Positions 58,976 to 64,000 of a stretch of DNA of 64,000 nt are shown here, in pieces. Location: assembly GCA_036513895.1 (NCBI GenBank), contig DATBYF010000048.1, forward strand, positions 754-64,753, read 5' to 3'. The notes below the pieces were generated by a model, which made no database searches, was not told the origin of the DNA, and saw only the letters and a list, made by a program, of their open reading frames with translations. How positions within the stretch are numbered: position 1 is the first letter of the stretch; every line of letters begins with the position of its first letter. The position numbers were made by a program, and so were the translations under genes. The stretch comes from Candidatus Acidiferrales bacterium (GTDB lineage: Bacteria > Acidobacteriota > Terriglobia > Acidiferrales > UBA7541).

Positions 58976-60073
58976 TTAAAGCCGCAGCAATCTATCCGCA
59001 CCTAAAACAAGTGCCAGCGTAAACGCTGCAATAATTACCTCTCCGATTGCCCCCACCGCAAATGGTCTCAGCCCTTGCTTGCGCAATGCGCCGATGTCCG
59101 TTCGCAGCCCCACGCCGGCAAATGTCAGGAGGAAGGCCCAGCGCGAAAGCGTCGCGAGAGATCCGATTTGATCTTTGTTGAAAACGTGAATTGTAGCCAG
59201 GATGGATATCAGGAGGAATCCAAGGACAAACTTGGGAAATTTCTTCCAGAGAAACGCGGCTTTATTCCCCACTGTCTTTGCCTGGCCAAGACTTGCCCAG
59301 TAGAGCGCGTAGCCGAGCACGACAAAGCCGATCATCGCGTTGCGAGTAGTTTTCGCGAGCACAGCCAGCTTCGCGGCTGCGTCGGAATAGAGCGCGCCAG
59401 CTGCTGTTGCCTCGGCGGTATTGTCCACGGCGAGCCCGGCCCAAAGACCATAGGCGCGATCACTCATGTGGAGTGCGTGGCCAATCAAAGGAAATGTAAA
59501 GAGGGAAAGCGCGCCGAGCGCGAGAATCGCGGCAATCGCGAAAGAGGAATCTTCATCGTCGGCGTCAATCGCGCCCTTCGTCGCGATAATGGCGGATACG
59601 CCGCAGACAGCTGAGCCAACCGCGAGGAGAGAGATTAGTTTGGGCCGCAGTCCAAACTTGCGCCCGAGAAATGTCATGAACGCGATGGCGACCACTAGCT
59701 CGACCGATACCAGCGCCAGACTTACGCCGCCGAGCTTGACAACATCTCCGAGAAGAAACCGCGATCCCAGGAGTACGATACCGGCCTTTAGCCAGAATTC
59801 ATAAGTCGCCACGCCCGCGCGGAAAATTTCCGGTACGCCAACCGTATTAGCGATTGCGAGGCCGATCAGAATAGCCCACAGGACGTACTCTATATTCGGC
59901 AGAGTGAGATGGTGCGTCTTCCCGTAGGCCGCGATTCCCTGCTCGAGCAGCTTGCCGCCATAGCCAACCGCCGCCAACAAGACTATTCCCGGAACTACAT
60001 GAAGCGCATCCCGCACAAATTGACTCGCGCCGGTTGCCGGTCCGGCATGCAGCACTGCGACTGGTTCGCTCAT
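58976..60073 (-). CDS. YeiH/UPF0324-family integral membrane protein (putative sulfate exporter family)
   Basis: Track ORF, 365 aa, polytopic. Its pattern GSRFLLGDVVKLGG...LLAVGSAVCGVSAIIA is typical of the YeiH family. It is the last gene of the sulfite-reductase operon. Confidence 0.7.
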   Translation of the reverse strand: MSEPVAVLHAGPATGASQFVRDALHVVPGIVLLAAVGYGGKLLEQGIAAYGKTHHLTLPNIEYVLWAILIGLAIANTVGVPEIFRAGVATYEFWLKAGIVLLGSRFLLGDVVKLGGVSLALVSVELVVAIAFMTFLGRKFGLRPKLISLLAVGSAVCGVSAIIATKGAIDADDEDSSFAIAAILALGALSLFTFPLIGHALHMSDRAYGLWAGLAVDNTAEATAAGALYSDAAAKLAVLAKTTRNAMIGFVVLGYALYWASLGQAKTVGNKAAFLWKKFPKFVLGFLLISILATIHVFNKDQIGSLATLSRWAFLLTFAGVGLRTDIGALRKQGLRPFAVGAIGEVIIAAFTLALVLGADRLLRL

Positions 60074-60113
60074 TTGTCACCTTTTTGAAATTGAAATTCT
60101 GCTTGGAGTGCAC

Positions 60114-60245
60114 CTACCACGGGACGTGCTTGATCACCCCGGCGCGTACGAGCAACGCCGCGAGCAATGCCAGTGTCACCGCCCAGCCGTCCACGGGAAT
60201 TGCGAATCGTTTTTGCGGCTGCTCGCTTTTAACCTGTGAAGTCAT
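60114..60245 (-). CDS. 43-aa single-TM small protein MTSQVKSEQPQKRFAIPVDGWAVTLALLAALLVRAGVIKHVPW (unannotated sORF)
   Basis: Below the track cutoff. An AAGGAG SD lies 5 nt upstream of ATG 60245. It fills the cobA-yeiH gap on the operon strand. The overlapping + ORF 60034..60273 looks spurious. Confidence 0.45.
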   Translation of the reverse strand: MTSQVKSEQPQKRFAIPVDGWAVTLALLAALLVRAGVIKHVPW

Positions 60246-60277
60246 GTTGGCTCCTTGGGGATTTCGTGGGTGAAAGT

Positions 60278-61054
60278 TCAGATCGCGGCGTCGTGATCTG
60301 CACCATCGCGGGGCGCCCTATTGATCCAAAATTCCCGGGCTGCCTGAATCGTTTCCCCGGTCACGACGCGCCCGATAATCATCAGCGCGGGTGAGGGAAG
60401 TGCGCCTTCGTTGGCTAGCCTCGTGAGTTTCGTGGTGCGAATTTGCTGTTTGCTTGATGTTGCGTTCGAGACGATCGCGCAAGGCGTGTGCTCAGGCCAT
60501 CCTGCCTCGCGCAACTGCGCGGCGACGTAGGCGTAGTCCGGTCCAGGCATGTAGATCACAACTGTTGTTTCGCTCGAGATTCCGCCCCATTGAATAGAGC
60601 GGTTCGTCGCGCCGCGATGAATGGACGTGAACAGCACCTGAGAAGCGATCCGCCGGTCCGTGAGTGAAATGCCCACGGCCGCAGCAGCGCTGGCCGCCGC
60701 CGTGATTCCCGGAACGATCTCGAACGCGACACCGGCTTCACGCAGCGCCGCGATCTCTTCGCCAGCCCGGCCAAAGATCGAAGGATCGCCGCCCTTCAGC
60801 CGGACGACCACCTGGTGTGATTTCGCGGACGAAATCAGCAGCGCGTTGATCTCGTCCTGCGTTAATAATTTGCGCCCGCAGCGCTTACCCACATTAATCC
60901 GCACGGCGTCGGGACCGGCTAAGGCCAAAACTTCGGCGCTCACAAGCGCGTCGTGCAGCACCACCCTCGCTCGCCCGAGTAACTTCAGCGCCTTCACTGT
61001 TAACAGTTCCGCATCCCCCGGGCCGGCGCCGACAAGATAGACTTTTCCGCTCAT
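60278..61054 (-). CDS. cobA: Uroporphyrinogen-III C-methyltransferase (SUMT)
   Basis: Track ORF, 258 aa, with VYLVGAGPGDAELLTVKALKLL and VVRLKGGDPSIFGRAGEE motifs. It overlaps the upstream gene by 4 nt. Confidence 0.9.
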   Translation of the reverse strand: MSGKVYLVGAGPGDAELLTVKALKLLGRARVVLHDALVSAEVLALAGPDAVRINVGKRCGRKLLTQDEINALLISSAKSHQVVVRLKGGDPSIFGRAGEEIAALREAGVAFEIVPGITAAASAAAAVGISLTDRRIASQVLFTSIHRGATNRSIQWGGISSETTVVIYMPGPDYAYVAAQLREAGWPEHTPCAIVSNATSSKQQIRTTKLTRLANEGALPSPALMIIGRVVTGETIQAAREFWINRAPRDGADHDAAI

Positions 61055-61683
61055 GCGACTTTCCCGTTCGAGCCGCTGTTGTTTGATCGGCTGTCGCGCG
61101 ACGCGCGCAAGAATTGTTCGAACATCTCGTTGCTCGCGAGGGCGTGCAAAATTTTCCTTGTCTCCTCGGGGTTCTCACTCTCCGCGCGCATCGCGGCGCG
61201 AACCGCGCCAAGCCATTCGAGCCACGCTTCGTATTCCGACCCGAATTGCGCTTTCAGTTCGCGCCTCAATCGTTGGGCAAGCGCTGGGCTGAATCCAGCG
61301 GTAGAAATAGCGATCTGGAGCGGCCCGCGGCGCACGACGGCTGGATAGTAGAAATGGCATCGTTCGGGATCGTCCACGGCATTACAGAGAATTCCTTGAG
61401 CGTCGGCCTCATGAAAGACGTCTTGATTGACGCCGAAGGCGGACGTAGCGGCAATCACGACGAAGGCTCCCGAGAGATCGCCCGGTCCAAACCTTCTCGG
61501 TGCCCATTGGAGCCTGCCCTCCTTCGCCCATGCGGAAATCGCTTCGGTCACTTCGGGTGCGATTACGCGCACTTTCGCCCCCGCTTCAAGCAGGCTGGGA
61601 ATTTTTGCTTCGGCTACTTCGCCCCCGCCAACGACGACGCACAGCCGATCTTGCAATTTCACGAACATTGGGAATAAGGACAT
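61051..61683 (-). CDS. Precorrin-2 dehydrogenase / sirohydrochlorin ferrochelatase (siroheme synthase N-domain-like)
   Basis: Track ORF, 210 aa. The Rossmann motif VVVGGGEVAEAKIPSLLEAGAKVRVIAPE is typical of CysG-N/SirC/Met8. Confidence 0.8.
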   Translation of the reverse strand: MSLFPMFVKLQDRLCVVVGGGEVAEAKIPSLLEAGAKVRVIAPEVTEAISAWAKEGRLQWAPRRFGPGDLSGAFVVIAATSAFGVNQDVFHEADAQGILCNAVDDPERCHFYYPAVVRRGPLQIAISTAGFSPALAQRLRRELKAQFGSEYEAWLEWLGAVRAAMRAESENPEETRKILHALASNEMFEQFLRASRDSRSNNSGSNGKVA

Positions 61684-61685
61684 AG

Positions 61686-63386
61686 CTAGCCCTCGACTCC
61701 GTGCGGAACGGGACCTGCGGCAAGGTCGCGCTCGAATTCTTCAGAGACACTGCCACCAAGCAGCGTGCGAATCTCATCGTTCGAATGCCGCGCGAAAAAC
61801 TGCCGCAAGTTCTCGGCTTCATGCCGGCCGGCTTGATACGCCTTCAACACGCGCTCGATCGCGTCCGGCACTTCCGCAGCGACGCACCGATATCCAACCG
61901 GCCGCGCGAACGCTTGATGCTTGCCAACAGCCCCGCCAACGCAAAAGTAGTACGCGTCCACCAGCTCGCCATCCACCTTGATCTTTTTGCCCTCGATTCC
62001 AATGTCTGCGATCCAATGCTGGCCGCAACTGTTCGGGCAACCGGTAATGTGCAGCTTCAACTGCTGATCGAACCCGGGAATCCGGTCGTCAAGCTCTTCT
62101 ACTACCCAGCGCGCGAAGCCCTTCGTTTCGGTCAGCGATAATTTGCAGAATTCGGACCCGGTGCACGCGACCGTCCCACGTGCGAAAGGGGATGCTGCAA
62201 CGTGCAATGCCGCGTATCCGAGCTCGCGAGCCACCGTTGCGGAATCCTGCTCGCGAATATTCACGAGAAGGAGATTCTGCATATTCGTCGTGCGAATTTC
62301 GCTCGAGCCGTATCGCTGCGCCAGGTCGGCTGCGACATTCATCTGTTCTGGCGTGATGCGCCCCCGCAGAACGGAGGCGCCGACATAAACGAGGCCAACC
62401 TGTTTCTGCGGATGCACACCGACGTGATCGCGATAAATGTCATCGGGTATGTTTTCTTGTTCGGCGGGATCGAGCGAGAATCCGATGCGTTGTTCCAGCT
62501 CAGCCTGAAACGATTCGGCCGTCCAGCCATGCTTCAAGAAAAAAAACTTCAGCCGCGCTTGCTCTCGGCTCTGGCGAAGAATTTCGCTGTCGCGAAAGAT
62601 TTGGGCTATGCCTCGCACTACCGGAACTACTTGATCCCAAGCAATGAACGCATTAAGCCGCACACCAAAGTGCGGGTCCGCGGAAAGGCCGCCGGCCACA
62701 CGAAGCGAAAAGCCAATTTCAGACCCGCCATTCCTTCGCCGTATGGTTGGCGTCAATCCGATGTCGTTGATTTCTGGATAGGAGCACCAGTAACAGCATC
62801 CAGTAATCGAGACTTTGAACTTCCGAGGCAAGTTGTAGAATTCCGGATTCCCGGCGAGTTCGCGATTCACTGCCAGAGCCAGCGGTGACGCATCGCAGAT
62901 TTCGTCCGCGTCCACGCCGGCGAGAGGACATCCCGTGATATTTCGCGCGACGTCGCCGCATGCGCCGGTCGTCGTCAGTCCTGCCGACCAGAGACTTTCG
63001 AGAATTTCCGGAAGAGCTTCTATTGTGACCCAGTGAAGCTGAATGTTTTGACGAACGGTCAGATCGGCGACGCCTCTTGCGTGTTGCGCCGCCAGATTCG
63101 CAATCACTCGCAACTGATCGCTGCGCAGAATCCCGTTCGGAACGCGAATGCGCACCATGAAATACGGAACGGCCTTTCCTTCGCCACCCCTGCCGCTCAT
63201 GACGCCATTTCCATCGCCCTGCGTGTAAACGCCCCACGACCGAAAGTAAGTTCCCAGCCACTCCGGCGGAATAGACGCGAATCCCTGCCGCGCAAAGCCG
63301 TGAATCTCGTCAATGCAGTCCCAAGCGTTCTTGGCCCGCTTGAGCCGTTCGACTCGCTGCGCCTTGGTTTCTTTGAGTTCGGTCAT
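61686..63386 (-). CDS. Ferredoxin-type sulfite (or nitrite) reductase hemoprotein
   Basis: Track ORF 61686..63419 trimmed to ATG 63386 (MTELKETKAQRVE...). Siroheme/4Fe-4S Cys motifs are TGCPLAG...ITGCCYWC and ACTGSEFCKLS...ITGCPNSCGQ. Confidence 0.85.
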   Translation of the reverse strand: MTELKETKAQRVERLKRAKNAWDCIDEIHGFARQGFASIPPEWLGTYFRSWGVYTQGDGNGVMSGRGGEGKAVPYFMVRIRVPNGILRSDQLRVIANLAAQHARGVADLTVRQNIQLHWVTIEALPEILESLWSAGLTTTGACGDVARNITGCPLAGVDADEICDASPLALAVNRELAGNPEFYNLPRKFKVSITGCCYWCSYPEINDIGLTPTIRRRNGGSEIGFSLRVAGGLSADPHFGVRLNAFIAWDQVVPVVRGIAQIFRDSEILRQSREQARLKFFFLKHGWTAESFQAELEQRIGFSLDPAEQENIPDDIYRDHVGVHPQKQVGLVYVGASVLRGRITPEQMNVAADLAQRYGSSEIRTTNMQNLLLVNIREQDSATVARELGYAALHVAASPFARGTVACTGSEFCKLSLTETKGFARWVVEELDDRIPGFDQQLKLHITGCPNSCGQHWIADIGIEGKKIKVDGELVDAYYFCVGGAVGKHQAFARPVGYRCVAAEVPDAIERVLKAYQAGRHEAENLRQFFARHSNDEIRTLLGGSVSEEFERDLAAGPVPHGVEG

Positions 63387-63400
63387 AGTCAAAATGTCCC

Positions 63401-63443
63401 CAGAAAAGCAAAAGCCCACCAGCCAAAATTTCTGGCGGTGGGC
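63401..63443 (-). terminator. Intrinsic-terminator hairpin inside the sulfite-reductase leader (attenuator expression platform)
   Basis: The bottom strand reads GCCCACCGCCA-gaaatttt-TGGCtGGTGGGC (7+4 bp, one bulge), then TTTTGCTTTTC. It ends ~15 nt before the sir ATG. No upstream gene on that strand needs terminating. Confidence 0.65.
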
Positions 63444-63468
63444 TTCGGAACTTCAGTTTAGATTACAG

Positions 63469-63576
63469 CTAAGTCCGGAGTCTCCTCTCGCCAGAGTTGT
63501 GGGCCATACAACACACGCAACATACGCAGCACATCTGCGTGTACCGGGAGCTTTGGCTCTGGCAAGTATTCGACAT
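63469..63576 (-). CDS. Cys-rich leader mini-ORF: MSNTCQSQSSRYTQMCCVCCVCCMAHNSGERRLRT (35 aa; internal ATG at 63534 gives MCCVCCVCCMAHNSGERRLRT)
   Basis: Read from the bottom strand: atg tgc tgc gta tgt tgc gtg tgt tgt atg gcc cac ... tag. Six Cys codons fall within eight consecutive codons, upstream of the terminator hairpin and of sulfite reductase. There is no clear SD. The long form starts close to a putative TTGACA-N17-TAGCCT promoter (63552-63614 region). Confidence 0.55.
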   Translation of the reverse strand: MSNTCQSQSSRYTQMCCVCCVCCMAHNSGERRLRT

Positions 63577-63758
63577 GAAGATTAAGGCTACGGGACGTCA
63601 CCCGTGATGTCAATCCAAAATCTGTCTCGGATTGTAAACGAAATGTAACTTCGCCGGGACATACTTTGAACAGGAATCATCCCGAGGGCCAACTTCAATC
63701 GCTGGCATACTATATGCATTCGAAGCTGTTCTGTTTAGAGCATCTTGCGATTAAGCCG

Positions 63759-64000
63759 ATGCATCGAATGGACTTCATGAAGATGGGTCTGGCACACGCG
63801 AATACGCGCAGCGCGGATGTTTTGATCGTGGGTGGCGGACCAGCGGGACTCGCCGCCGCCATCGCAGCGCGACAAAAAGGCTTTGAGGTCATCGTCGCAG
63901 ATCGCAATCGTCCGGCGATCGACAAATCATGCGGCGAAGGCTTGATGTCAGACGGCGTCGAGGCCCTACGCGCGCTCGGCGTTGACATTCCTGCCGCAGA
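63759..64000 (+). CDS. FAD-dependent oxidoreductase (geranylgeranyl-reductase-like), 5' part; runs off the right edge
   Basis: Not in the track because it has no stop. The + frame from ATG 63759 reads MHRMDFMKMGLAHANTRSADVLIVGGGPAGLAAAIAARQKGFEVIVADRN...DKSCGEGL. It has a GxGxxG dinucleotide fold. The start could also be 63768, 63777 or 63783. Confidence 0.7.
   Translation, partial: MHRMDFMKMGLAHANTRSADVLIVGGGPAGLAAAIAARQKGFEVIVADRNRPAIDKSCGEGLMSDGVEALRALGVDIPAA

Noticed and set aside
63446-63620. Possibility that the sulfite-reductase leader is a SAM or other known riboswitch
   Set aside because: I could not find the conserved SAM-I, SAM-II or other riboswitch core sequences by eye. The Cys-codon run plus terminator explains the leader better. 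A covariance-model scan (Rfam/Infernal) would settle it.

Overview
A 64-kb, moderately GC-rich bacterial chromosomal window. The gene content (a CarboxypepD_reg-type TonB receptor, membrane Ser/Thr kinases with PD40/TolB beta-propellers, sigma-54 parts) looks Acidobacteria-like, but that is inference only. I saw no rRNA, tRNA, CRISPR array, transposase or integrase. LEFT (1-31.4 kb) is an aromatic-catabolism island. It holds a truncated VanA-like Rieske oxygenase, an IclR regulator, a MetE-like protein, a complete translationally coupled pcaIJHGBDC operon with divergent pcaR, an MFS transporter and a TonB-dependent receptor. It continues with a RutB-like hydrolase, a 4-subunit acetophenone-carboxylase-like (HyuA'/gamma/HyuA/HyuB) cluster, a UROD-like protein, a CoA ligase, a thiolase, a 4-hydroxybenzoyl-CoA-thioesterase-like protein, pobA, a DAD-like cupin and a GH31 glycosidase. 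MIDDLE (31.8-49.2 kb) holds a membrane cytochrome c flanked by two REP-like 30-mers, two tandem paralogous Ser/Thr kinases, two tandem heavy-metal-type RND/MFP pairs with no outer-membrane factor, and a CsgG-like lipoprotein. RIGHT (49.3-58.9 kb) is the most unusual part. A sigma-54 enhancer-binding protein is followed by three tandem self-contained modules, each with an upstream dyad, a -24/-12 promoter, an unannotated 26-27 codon Lys-rich ORF and a terminator. A SAM methyltransferase is embedded among the modules. A convergent operon encodes GAFx3-HlyD, an HlyD lipoprotein and an M50-metalloprotease-HlyD fusion, and a divergent STAS protein follows. I read this as a candidate undescribed regulated small-peptide production, processing and export system. 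FAR RIGHT (59-63.6 kb) is a siroheme/sulfite-reductase operon. Its leader carries a Cys-codon-rich mini-ORF (MCCVCCVCC...) followed by an intrinsic terminator, a candidate ribosome-mediated cysteine attenuator. Several track ORF starts were re-picked by eye. All homology calls come from motif recognition and memory, not from searches.
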